Shown in pieces: positions 1 through 8,648 of a stretch of DNA of 64,000 bases; within the stretch, counting starts at the first letter, position 1; every line of letters begins with the position of its first letter. The notes below the pieces were generated by a model. That model was not told the origin of the DNA. It did not search any database and saw only the letters and a program-made list of their open reading frames with translations. The stretch comes from Spirochaetia bacterium (lineage in GTDB: Bacteria; Spirochaetota; Spirochaetia; SZUA-6; Bin103). The DNA lies in assembly GCA_965203055.1 (NCBI GenBank), contig OZ241863.1, positions 4,352,001 to 4,416,000 on the forward strand, in the 5' to 3' direction. A program made the translations under genes and the position numbers.

Positions 1-186
1 TTGCCAACGACGTTTTTCCCCTTTGAGCAGTGCTCGCCACTCCCCTGCATGGAGATCGCGCACCACACCTTCGGTCCTCATTACGCTGCTGATCTCTCTC
101 AGGTGGAGCCGGCACACCTCCTCGTTGGAGTAAGAGTCGATGTCAAACACGTCAGGAGTGATGGTGTAGTCGGCGAGGAGCGCCAT
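1..186 (-). CDS. Hypothetical protein, N-terminal part only (runs off window); coupled partner of the DUF3696-type ATPase
   Basis: Not in ORF track. ATG at 186 directly follows the ATPase TAG (187-189); reads MALLADYTITPDVFDIDSYSNEEVCRLHLREISSVMRTEGVVRDLHAGEWRALLKGEKRRWQ with no stop before the edge. Confidence 0.7.
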   Translation of the reverse strand, partial: MALLADYTITPDVFDIDSYSNEEVCRLHLREISSVMRTEGVVRDLHAGEWRALLKGEKRRWQ

Positions 187-1848
187 CTAGAACATTTCCC
201 GCAGCCCTTCCTCAAAGAAGCCGCCGGGCCACGCCTTTACCAGCTCGCCGCGCTCGTTCAGCGGCATTTCTCGGATGATGCTCCGGGGACCGTCGGGTTC
301 CACGAACAGCACCATGACGTCTTCGGGCCGCACTGCCGGCGCTCTATCCGGCAGGTCACCGGCGGCGGTCTCGCGCAGGCGGCGCATGATGCGGAGCAGG
401 AGGTGCTCGCTGTGGGTCTCCACGAGCAAGGTGTTGCCGCGGTCGAGGGCGGACCGCAGAAAGACATCGCCCAACTCGGCCTGCAGCGCCGGGTGCAGGT
501 TCACCTCGGGTTGCTCAATCGCCAACAGATGGTCTTTCACGGCGAACGCGGACATGAGGATGGGGAGCACCTGGCTTATGCCCGCACCGACATCGCGCGC
601 GCTGACCGTAGTGCCGCTACGAGTGTCGACCAAGTGGAGGGTGTGCCGTACATCGTGGCGGGCCGCATCGCGTAGTTCGAGTCGGTACGGCGTCTTCAGA
701 AGATGTTCGGTGCCCAGCCATTCATTCACCTGCCGGCGGACATGCGAGTCGGTACGGGTGATTTCCCAGGCAGCCGCTCCGGCGAACCAGTCCAGATCTG
801 CCCGCTGCGCGAAGGTGTCGCTGCGGGCGGGCCAGTAGCGCAACGGACCGAGATAGATCAGCCGACCGAATTCGGCTTCCAGGGTGGCGCCTATGTTGTT
901 CACCACACCGTACAATATCCGCACTAGCGAATCGTCGGGGGCTGGGTCCGCGGGTGACCCAGGTCTTCCTTGATGGCGGACTTTGGATACGTGATGTTCG
1001 TTAAGTTCGAGTCGGGGGACCAGTCGATGAGGGCTGGTCGTAACCCACGGCGACTCGACGCGCCGGAGGATGTGCCTGTTCAGCCTGCTTTCGCCGAGCT
1101 GTTGGCGCACTATCTCCCCGATAGCCGGGTGGTTCCAGGCAACGTCGAACCCCCATCCCCCGTGATTGCTCAAGCACAGCAACGGCTCACCGGCAGTATC
1201 CAACGCGAAGCGTTGCAAACGTACGCCGCCGTCCCAGTCAATTTCGACCTCGGGTTGGGTATCGACAATGAGCCAGTGATCAAGCTCCTGATCTCTAGTA
1301 GGGTCCACTTCCTGCTCCGAGCCCTCGGCAACCAACACGTCTGCCGCAATGTAGGAGGCGTCGGCGAGCGTTGTGCCTGGCCGAACGGCAACCTGAAGAT
1401 GCCGCGCCTTGGGCGTGAATCCGAGGTCTACCTTGCATACTGCCGTGCGCACGCCGCGAAACGGCCGGCCCGCAGCGGCGCCGAGGTCGAGCTCGAATCC
1501 GAGTTGGACGATCCGTTGAGGGTCGCGGAGATGGACGTACTGGCGAAATCCGCCGAGATCGATCGCGTCGCCGCCAAGCCGGGTGCGTTCCACGTCGGCA
1601 TCGCCGGTATGGATGGCATGGTGCGCCAAAGCCAGGGCGTGCAACACGCTCGACTTGCCGGCGCTGTTGGCGCCGTACATCAGAGTAATGGGACGCAGCG
1701 GGACTCGCTGACTGGAAGCGAATGCCTTGAAGTTGGCCAAGTGAAGAGCGTTGAGATTCAATTCCGATATCCGGTGGCGGGCCGCAGCCTGGGGCGGGCG
1801 TGACGATCCGACGCGCGTCAGATTAAGGTCTGTTTCGGAGGTCGTCAA
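187..1848 (-). CDS. ABC/AAA_21-type ATPase with C-terminal DUF3696-like domain (defence-associated type)
   Basis: Walker A GANSAGKSS, signature-like VGAGISQVLPIL, Walker B LAIEQPEVNLHP, H-loop VETHSEHLL, C-terminal WPGGFFE. TTG start uncertain. Confidence 0.8.
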   Translation of the reverse strand: MTTSETDLNLTRVGSSRPPQAAARHRISELNLNALHLANFKAFASSQRVPLRPITLMYGANSAGKSSVLHALALAHHAIHTGDADVERTRLGGDAIDLGGFRQYVHLRDPQRIVQLGFELDLGAAAGRPFRGVRTAVCKVDLGFTPKARHLQVAVRPGTTLADASYIAADVLVAEGSEQEVDPTRDQELDHWLIVDTQPEVEIDWDGGVRLQRFALDTAGEPLLCLSNHGGWGFDVAWNHPAIGEIVRQQLGESRLNRHILRRVESPWVTTSPHRLVPRLELNEHHVSKVRHQGRPGSPADPAPDDSLVRILYGVVNNIGATLEAEFGRLIYLGPLRYWPARSDTFAQRADLDWFAGAAAWEITRTDSHVRRQVNEWLGTEHLLKTPYRLELRDAARHDVRHTLHLVDTRSGTTVSARDVGAGISQVLPILMSAFAVKDHLLAIEQPEVNLHPALQAELGDVFLRSALDRGNTLLVETHSEHLLLRIMRRLRETAAGDLPDRAPAVRPEDVMVLFVEPDGPRSIIREMPLNERGELVKAWPGGFFEEGLREMF

Positions 1849-2062
1849 ACCACCGGGGCCAACACTCCCAACGCCCTGCCGCCCCCGCCGGCCTCCCTAC
1901 GTTCACGTGACGTGACCGGGGCGGGGTCCGGCGGGGCGTTCGAGGGCGTCGCAGCGGTCTCGGCGGCGGTTGGTTGCTCCGTGCGGCCGGTTGGGCTACG
2001 CTGGCCGCCACCCCGGTGCCCGCGCCTCCCGCGGACCGCGAATTCGGAAAGGAGTGACCTCT

Positions 2063-3979
2063 ATGACTACGAGATTGCAGCGCGTATCGAGCCTGGCGCT
2101 GGCGTTGTCGATGCTTGCCGCCGCCCTGGGCTGGGCGCAGACCTACCAGGAGGCGCCGATGCTGGCCGCGATGGTCCGCGCCGGCGAGCTGCCGCCGGTG
2201 GCCGAGCGGCTGCCGTCCAACCCGCTGGTGGTGGAACCGTTCGACTCGATCGGCGTCTACGGCGGCACGGTGCGGATGATGGACGTGTCGGACCGCATGT
2301 CGATCGGCCTGCGGGTGCGCCACACCGGCCTGTTCCGCTACAACCAGACCGCCAGCCGGTTCGAGGCCGACTTGGCCGCCAGCCACGCTTGGTCGAACGA
2401 CAACCGCACCCTCACCCTGAAGCTGCGCGACGGGCTGCGCTGGTCGGACGGCGAGCCGTTCACCACCGCCGACCTGATGTTCAAGTGGGAACACGAGATC
2501 ACCAACGAGGAGCTGCACCCGCGCGGCATCGATCCGTTCTGGACGCTGGGCGGAGAACGCGCCGTCTGGGAGCCGCTCGACGACAGCACCATCCGCTTCA
2601 CCTGGGCCGCTCCCAACCCGGTGGCCATGGACCGGTTCGGGCGCACCCACTTCTCCGGCGACAACGCCCTGTTCCTGCCCGCGCACTACCTGCAGCAGTT
2701 CCACGCCGACTTCAACGACGACGCCGCGGCCCTGGCCGCGGAGCTCGGCTTCGAGGACTGGATCACGATGTTCAACGACCGCCGGGCGCAGGGCTACAAC
2801 CAGTCCGCGGTCACCGTCGGCCGCCCCTACCTGGACATGCACGTGCCGGAGGTGGTGGAGAGCAACCGCGTGCTGCTGGTGCGCAACCCCTACTACCACC
2901 ACGTCGACACCGCCGGCAACCAGCTCCCCTACGCCGACCGGCTGGAGGTCACCCACGTCGGCGACAAGCAGCTCTACGATCTGAAGGCGTCGGCCGGCGA
3001 AGCCGACTTCGTCGCCTACTACACCGGCGCCCCGAGCCTGCCCACCTACAAGGCGGGCGAGGCGCAGGGCGGCTACCGCACGGTGATCGCGCAGTCGCTG
3101 CGCACCGCCGAGCTGGTGTTGTTCATCAATCACAACGTCGCCGACCCGGTGCTGCACGACCTGTTCAACGACCGCGACTTCCGCGTCGCCCTGTCGGTGG
3201 CGTTGAACCGCCCGCAGATGAACGAAATCGTGTTCTTCGGACTGGGCGACCCGCATCCGGCCACGCCGCTGAACACCATGGAGTTCTTCGATCAGGCGTG
3301 GTACAACGCCAATCTGGCGCACGACCCGGAGCGCGCCAACCGGCTGCTCGACGCCGCCGGACTGTCCCGGCGCGACGCCGACGGCTTCCGCGTGCGGCCC
3401 GATGACGGCCGCCGCCTCAGCCTGGTGATCGAGATCGGCGTGCTGGAGGGTCCCAAGGAGGCAATCTGCGAGCTGATCGCCAATGACTGGCGGCAGGTGG
3501 GCATCGAGGGCGCCTGCAAGGTGATCGACGGCGCCCTGCTCAACGAGCGCCTCGACGCCAACGAAACCGCCATCTCGGCCTGGCACCTGGGCCGCACCAC
3601 GCTGCTCGGGCGCGGCACCCCGGATCAGTTCGCGTTCGAGCGCTGCAGCGCCAACAACTGGGGCCGGCAGTGGTGCTTCTGGTTCGTCTCCGGCGGCGAG
3701 AGCGGGGTCGAGCCTCCGCCCGAGATCAAGGCGCTCGACGCGCGCTGGCAGGCGTTCAAGCAGGCCGCCACCGGCACGCCGGAGGCCGCCGCGCTGGGCA
3801 AGGCGTACTTCGCGTTCTTCGCCGACGAGCTGCCGATGATCCCGACCATCGGGCTGGCGCCCCATCCGGTGATCATCAACGACCGCCTGAAGAACGTGCC
3901 GGCGGACAACATCTTCTGGGGCTCCGACACCAACTTCTACGCCCCCTACAAGCCGGAACAATGGTACATCGCGGAGTGA
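2063..3979 (+). CDS. ABC transporter substrate-binding protein, family 5 (peptide/oligosaccharide-like)
   Basis: SD AAGGAG before ATG 2063; signal peptide; motifs EAPML..V..GELPPVAERLP, LRDGLRWSDGEPFT. Confidence 0.9.
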   Translation: MTTRLQRVSSLALALSMLAAALGWAQTYQEAPMLAAMVRAGELPPVAERLPSNPLVVEPFDSIGVYGGTVRMMDVSDRMSIGLRVRHTGLFRYNQTASRFEADLAASHAWSNDNRTLTLKLRDGLRWSDGEPFTTADLMFKWEHEITNEELHPRGIDPFWTLGGERAVWEPLDDSTIRFTWAAPNPVAMDRFGRTHFSGDNALFLPAHYLQQFHADFNDDAAALAAELGFEDWITMFNDRRAQGYNQSAVTVGRPYLDMHVPEVVESNRVLLVRNPYYHHVDTAGNQLPYADRLEVTHVGDKQLYDLKASAGEADFVAYYTGAPSLPTYKAGEAQGGYRTVIAQSLRTAELVLFINHNVADPVLHDLFNDRDFRVALSVALNRPQMNEIVFFGLGDPHPATPLNTMEFFDQAWYNANLAHDPERANRLLDAAGLSRRDADGFRVRPDDGRRLSLVIEIGVLEGPKEAICELIANDWRQVGIEGACKVIDGALLNERLDANETAISAWHLGRTTLLGRGTPDQFAFERCSANNWGRQWCFWFVSGGESGVEPPPEIKALDARWQAFKQAATGTPEAAALGKAYFAFFADELPMIPTIGLAPHPVIINDRLKNVPADNIFWGSDTNFYAPYKPEQWYIAE

Positions 3980-4027
3980 CGCGGCAGCGCGGCGGGACCG
4001 CGGCCCGATAGCGCGGCCGGCCGCTCC

Positions 4028-4078
4028 GGGAGGACCGGGAGGATGGGCGGCGCCTTACCTGGCGCCGTCGGTCCTCCC
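4028..4078 (+). promoter_or_regulatory. Intercistronic stem-loop after the SBP gene
   Basis: GGGAGGACCG (4028-4037) pairs with CGGTCCTCCC (4069-4078); inner GCGGCGCC/GGCGCCGT stem with TTACCT loop. Confidence 0.5.
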
Positions 4079-4086
4079 TCCGGTAC

Positions 4087-5082
4087 GTGAACTACACCTC
4101 CTACCTGATCCGCCGCCTGCTGTACATGGTGGTCACCCTCATCGCCATCAGCGCGGCGGTCTTCGTGGTGATCCAACTGCCGCCGGGCGACGCGGTGGAT
4201 GCGATCGTGGCGGAACGCGAGGCGCAGGGCGACGTGATCACCGACGAGGATGAGCGCGAACTGCGCCGCCTGTACGGTCTGGACCGGCCGCTGGTGGTGC
4301 AGTACGCCGAGTGGGTGGTGAGATTCCTGACCGGCGACATGGGCCGTTCGATCCGCGGGCTGCCGGTGAGCGGCCTGATAGCCGAGCGCCTGGGCGCCAC
4401 CGCGATGCTGTCGCTGATCAGCATCCTGTTCACCTATCTGGTGGCGATTCCGATCGGCATCTACAGCGCCACCCACCAGTACCGCCTGAGCGACTACGCC
4501 CTGACCACCGTCGGCTTCATGGGACTGGCCACGCCCAACTTCCTGTTGGCGTTGATCCTGCTGTTCCTGTTCTACCGCTTCTTCGGGCTCAGCATCGGCG
4601 GCTTCTTCTCGCCCGGCATGGAGGAGCAGCCGTGGAGCGCGGCCAAGCTGATCGACCTGCTCAGCCACCTGTGGATTCCGGTGATCGTGATCGGCACCGC
4701 GGCCACCGCCGGCACCATCCGGGTGATGCGCGCCACCGTGCTGGACGAGTTGGGCAAGCAATACGTGATCACGGCGCAGGCGAAGGGGCTGCCGCGGCGC
4801 CGCCTGCTGCTGAAGTACCCGGTGCGGCTGGCGCTCAACCCGATCGTCAGCACGGTGGGCGGCGTGCTGCCGGGGCTGATCGCCGGCCAGACTATCGTCG
4901 CGATCGTGCTCAACCTGCCGACGTTGGGGCCGCTGCTGTTTACCGCCCTGCGCGCGCAGGACATCAATCTGGCGGCGAGCGTGTTGATGATGCAGAGCGT
5001 GCTGGCGGTGCTCGGGGTGCTGGTGTCGGACCTCCTGCTGGTGGTCGTGGACCCGCGCATCCGCTTCGAGCGCAGCGCCTGA
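4087..5082 (+). CDS. ABC transporter permease (OppB/DppB-like)
   Basis: YLIRRLL start, LPPGD, EAA-like motif YVITAQAKGL, ends VDPRIRF. Confidence 0.9.
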   Translation: MNYTSYLIRRLLYMVVTLIAISAAVFVVIQLPPGDAVDAIVAEREAQGDVITDEDERELRRLYGLDRPLVVQYAEWVVRFLTGDMGRSIRGLPVSGLIAERLGATAMLSLISILFTYLVAIPIGIYSATHQYRLSDYALTTVGFMGLATPNFLLALILLFLFYRFFGLSIGGFFSPGMEEQPWSAAKLIDLLSHLWIPVIVIGTAATAGTIRVMRATVLDELGKQYVITAQAKGLPRRRLLLKYPVRLALNPIVSTVGGVLPGLIAGQTIVAIVLNLPTLGPLLFTALRAQDINLAASVLMMQSVLAVLGVLVSDLLLVVVDPRIRFERSA

Positions 5083-5083
5083 C

Positions 5084-6244
5084 GTGGCGACCGACCGGCC
5101 GGCCGCGCGCGCCGAACCCGGCGCCGGCCGCGTGACCGCAACCAGCGCCGAGGAGCGCTACTTCATCGCCTCGCAGCGGCAGTTGATGTGGCGCAAGTTC
5201 CGCCGCCACCGGCTGGCGGTAATCTCCGGCAGCGCGCTGCTGCTCGCCTATCTGGCGGCCTTCAGCTACGAATTCTGCGCCCCCTACGGCTCGTTGACCC
5301 AGCATGAGGGGTTCGTCAACGCGCCGCCGACGCGCATCCGCCTGATCGACCCCGCCGGGCGCCTGCGCGCCCCCTTCGTCTACGGGCTCACCGGCACGGT
5401 GAATCTCGAAACCTTCCAGCGCGAGTTCGTCGAAGATCGATCCGTGATCCATCCGTTGCGCTTCCTGGCGCGCGGCGAGAGCTACCGCTTCTGGGGCCGC
5501 ATCGACGCCAGCCGGCACCTGTTCGACGCCGGCGAGGGGCGCATCTTCCTGCTCGGCACCGACGCCCTGGGCCGCGACGTGTTCTCGCGCGTGCTGGCCG
5601 GCAGCCGCATCAGTCTGACCATCGGGCTGGTCGGAGTGTTGCTCAGCTTCGTGCTCGGTTGCATCCTGGGCGGGGTGTCGGGTTACTTCGGCGGCGTGCC
5701 CGATCTCGTCATCCAGCGCGTCATCGAGTTCCTCGGCGCGATTCCCAACATCCCGCTGTGGATGGCGCTGAGCGCGGTCATTCCGGTCAACTGGCCGGTA
5801 ATTCGCGTCTACTTCGCCATCACCATCATCCTGTCGGTGCTGAATTGGACCGAGCTGTCGCGGGTGGTGCGCGGCAAGCTGCTGGAGCTGCGCGAGTATG
5901 ATTACGTGACCGCCGCCAAGCTGGCCGGCGCGCGCAACGGCGCCATCATCGCGACCCATCTGCTGCCCGGCTTCCTGAGCTACCTGATCGTGCGCCTCAC
6001 GCTGGCAATTCCCGGCATGATCCTCGGCGAGACCGCGTTGAGCTTCCTGGGGCTGGGCATTCAGCCGCCCGCGGTGAGCTGGGGCACCCTGCTGCAGGGG
6101 GCGCAGAACGTGACCAACATCGCCATCTATCCGTGGCTGTTGACGCCGGCGCTGTTCGTCGTAGTGACGGTGCTGCTCTACAACTTCGTCGGCGACGGGT
6201 TGCGCGACGCCGCCGACCCCTACGCCATGAGCGGCCGGGGTTAG
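5084..6244 (+). CDS. ABC transporter permease (OppC/DppC-like)
   Basis: LGTDALGRDVFSR, YVTAAKLAGA, ETALSFLGLG, GDGLRDAADP. Confidence 0.9.
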   Translation: MATDRPAARAEPGAGRVTATSAEERYFIASQRQLMWRKFRRHRLAVISGSALLLAYLAAFSYEFCAPYGSLTQHEGFVNAPPTRIRLIDPAGRLRAPFVYGLTGTVNLETFQREFVEDRSVIHPLRFLARGESYRFWGRIDASRHLFDAGEGRIFLLGTDALGRDVFSRVLAGSRISLTIGLVGVLLSFVLGCILGGVSGYFGGVPDLVIQRVIEFLGAIPNIPLWMALSAVIPVNWPVIRVYFAITIILSVLNWTELSRVVRGKLLELREYDYVTAAKLAGARNGAIIATHLLPGFLSYLIVRLTLAIPGMILGETALSFLGLGIQPPAVSWGTLLQGAQNVTNIAIYPWLLTPALFVVVTVLLYNFVGDGLRDAADPYAMSGRG

Positions 6245-6295
6245 CTCAGGTTACGCGAGGCCGTGCGCGAACGAAGGCCGGACGGAGCGAGAGGC

Positions 6296-6324
6296 TTGAC
6301 GCCGGAGTAACGTGGGGCTACGGT
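6296..6324 (+). promoter_or_regulatory. Putative sigma70 promoter of rpn
   Basis: TTGACG (6296-6301), 17 bp, TACGGT (6319-6324), 13 nt before ATG 6338; no SD. Confidence 0.5.
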
Positions 6325-6337
6325 CGCGCCGGATTTC

Positions 6338-7369
6338 ATGGCCGACGATCACGCATCGGACCAACCGCAGTCCGCGGGACCGCAGCCGCCGATCAGCCAG
6401 CGGCACGACAAGTACTTCTACGGCGTGTTCTCCGACCCCGAGAACGCCGCCGGCTTGTTGCGCTCCTGCCTCCCCCAGGAACTCGCCGGCACGCTGCGGT
6501 GGTCTACTCTCACCCGCTTGCCCAGCCGCTTCGTCAGTGACGACTGGCGCGGCCGCGAGGCTGATCTGCTGTTCTCCGTCGAGCGCGAGGTCTCCGGCCC
6601 TCCGGTGGTCGTCTACGTGCTGCTCGAACATCAGTCCACCCCCGACCGCTGGATGCGGCTGCGATTGCTGAATTACTGCCTGATGTTCTGGATGCAATGG
6701 CACCGCGAGCACGAGCAGGAGCCGCAGTTGCCACTGATCGTGCCGTTGGTATTCTATCAGGGGGCGGAACCGTGGAGATTCTCGCGGCAGTTCGCGGAGT
6801 TGGTTGCCGGCGCGGAGCCCTACCGGGGTTGGGTGCCGCAGTTCGAGCATCTGCTGATCGACCAGACCGAACAGAACCCGGAGTCGGTAGCGGGGACGCT
6901 GGGCGCGCGGCTGGGGCAGCTCGCGTTGATGGCCGAGTTCCGCCACGCGGGCTGGAAGGGCTGGGGCGACTTGCTCAACCAGGCGTTACAGTTGATGGAG
7001 GAGCTGTATCCGGCCGCAGGGTTCGACGTGGTGGCGCTGCACGTGGAGTACTTGGTGCTGGCGCTGAAGACGAATGAGCAGCAGCAGGCGTTCGCGGAGG
7101 CGCTGCGGCGGACCGTGCCGGGCCAAGGAGGAGAGATAATGACCTACGTGCATCGAATGATTGACGAGGGCCGCCGGGAAGGTGAGCTGAAGGGCCGCCG
7201 GGAAGGCATCCGGGAAGGCGAACTGAGGGGTCAGTTGCAAACCATCCAGGGGTTCCTGGGACGCGATGTACCGTGGTCGACCATCGAGGCGGCAACCGGC
7301 ATCGACGAGGCTGCGTTCCGCCGCCTCAAGCAGCAGTTCGACGACAATGGTGCCGGCCACGCCGAGTAA
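6338..7369 (+). CDS. rpn: Rpn family recombination-promoting nuclease / YhgA-like PD-(D/E)XK protein (long form, RpnL)
   Basis: HDKYFYGVFS, ADLLFSV, YVLLEHQSTPD..MRLRLLNY, LPLIVPLVFYQG; C-terminal EGRREG repeats and helical tail. Confidence 0.92.
   Translation: MADDHASDQPQSAGPQPPISQRHDKYFYGVFSDPENAAGLLRSCLPQELAGTLRWSTLTRLPSRFVSDDWRGREADLLFSVEREVSGPPVVVYVLLEHQSTPDRWMRLRLLNYCLMFWMQWHREHEQEPQLPLIVPLVFYQGAEPWRFSRQFAELVAGAEPYRGWVPQFEHLLIDQTEQNPESVAGTLGARLGQLALMAEFRHAGWKGWGDLLNQALQLMEELYPAAGFDVVALHVEYLVLALKTNEQQQAFAEALRRTVPGQGGEIMTYVHRMIDEGRREGELKGRREGIREGELRGQLQTIQGFLGRDVPWSTIEAATGIDEAAFRRLKQQFDDNGAGHAE
7139..7369 (+). CDS. Putative intragenic in-frame short product RpnS (76 aa, antitoxin-like)
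   Basis: Purine-rich SD AAGGAGGAGAG directly upstream of in-frame ATG 7139 (MTYVHRMIDEGRREG...). Confidence 0.65.
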   Translation: MTYVHRMIDEGRREGELKGRREGIREGELRGQLQTIQGFLGRDVPWSTIEAATGIDEAAFRRLKQQFDDNGAGHAE

Positions 7370-7392
7370 GGTCCGCCAGGAACAGGTTCACT

Positions 7393-8643
7393 ACGGGCAA
7401 ACGAGAGTCTGATAACAATCCGGATAATGGAGGTTGGCCTTGGGCAGCGTTGGCTGATGTCGTCGATCTACGTCTCAGCAGCGTCGACAAGAAGGCCGTG
7501 GACGGCGAACGCTCGGTAAGGCTCTGCAACTACTCCGACGTATACAATCACAGCGTCATTCGTGCTGATATGGGCTATATGGAGGCGACAGCTACTGAAC
7601 GGGAGATACGGAATTGCCGATTGGAAGTCGGTGATGTAATCATCACGAAAGATTCGGAGACCCCTGATGATATCGGCGTGCCCGCGGTAGTAGGGGATGA
7701 AATACCGAACTTGGTGTGCGGATATCATCTTGCGATTCTTCGTCCCCTGAAAACCGATCTGGACGGACGATTTCTTCATTATGCCCTTAGCGAAGGCAAT
7801 GCCAAGCGGCAGTTTGGGATGTACGCCAACGGCATTACGCGATTCGGCTTACGTGCGGATGACATCAATCGTGTAAGGATTCCGCTTCCTCCAGTCCTCG
7901 AGCAGCGCAAGATTGCGGCGATTCTTTCCTCGGTGGATGATGCTATCGAGAAGACCGTGGCGGTCATCGAACAGGTGCGGATCGTCAAGCGTGGCCTGAT
8001 GCAGGAGCTGTTCACACGAGGAGTGCCGGCGCCGGATAGCCCCGAAGGCTGGATGCCCGCGGCGTTTGGGGATGTGGCCGCGGTCGTCGGGGGAGGGACC
8101 CCGAAACGAAGTGAGCCAACCTTTTGGGACGGCAACCTGCCGTGGGCCACGCCCACCGACGTGACCGGACTCACAGGACGGATCATAGCGCAGACGGCCT
8201 CGTCGATCACCGAGGCGGGGCTGGTCAGCTCCTCCGCGACGCTTCTGCCTCCCAATTCGCTGTTGATGACGACGCGAGCGACCATCGGAGCATGCGCTGT
8301 CAATCGGGTCGCGATGGCAACGAATCAAGGGTTCCAGAGTCTTGTGCCCAAGCCGGGGACGTGTGTGGACTTTCTCTACTATCTGGTGCAGTATCACGTC
8401 CGGGGACTGGAGCAATTGGCGGCCGGCAGCACGTTCCTGGAATTGTCGAAGCGAACGGTTCGCGGCTTTCGAGTTCTTATGCCGCCTCTTTCCGAGCAGC
8501 GCAAGATTGCCGCGTTCCTTTCTTCGGTGGACGAAATCATCGAGAAGAACCAGGCGGTCATGGACAGGCTGCAGGTTGTCAAGAGTGGCTTGATGCCGGC
8601 CCTCTTGACCGGCGAACTCCGCGTGACGCCGGAGAGGGGATAG
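7393..8643 (+). CDS. hsdS: Type I restriction-modification specificity subunit (orphan); start uncertain
   Basis: Two TRDs, each followed by conserved region LPP..EQRKIAA.LSSVD; ends KSGLMPALLTGELRV. Frame is open from inside rpn; best-placed start is a non-canonical ACG at 7393, alternatives GTG 7273 or TTG 7450. Confidence 0.85.
   Translation, partial: TGKRESDNNPDNGGWPWAALADVVDLRLSSVDKKAVDGERSVRLCNYSDVYNHSVIRADMGYMEATATEREIRNCRLEVGDVIITKDSETPDDIGVPAVVGDEIPNLVCGYHLAILRPLKTDLDGRFLHYALSEGNAKRQFGMYANGITRFGLRADDINRVRIPLPPVLEQRKIAAILSSVDDAIEKTVAVIEQVRIVKRGLMQELFTRGVPAPDSPEGWMPAAFGDVAAVVGGGTPKRSEPTFWDGNLPWATPTDVTGLTGRIIAQTASSITEAGLVSSSATLLPPNSLLMTTRATIGACAVNRVAMATNQGFQSLVPKPGTCVDFLYYLVQYHVRGLEQLAAGSTFLELSKRTVRGFRVLMPPLSEQRKIAAFLSSVDEIIEKNQAVMDRLQVVKSGLMPALLTGELRVTPERG
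7899..8510 (+). repeat. Direct repeat in hsdS conserved regions
   Basis: CGAGCAGCGCAAGATTGC identical at 7899-7916 and 8493-8510; similarity continues downstream. Confidence 0.85.
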
Positions 8644-8648
8644 CGGAA

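Noticed and set aside
1903..1913. TCACGTGACGT shared with 62375-62385
   Set aside because: Second copy overlaps the gcvT start codon; only 11 bp and no shared context, so likely chance.
1823..3961. Many long antisense or alternate-frame ORFs (also 12660-15044, 15368-18157, 31902-34853, 45114-47783)
   Set aside because: Shadows of well-supported genes in very GC-rich DNA; no motifs, Arg/Gly/Ala-biased.
6338..7369. Rpn as an IS transposase
   Set aside because: No terminal inverted repeats or target duplication; the family is not shown to transpose.
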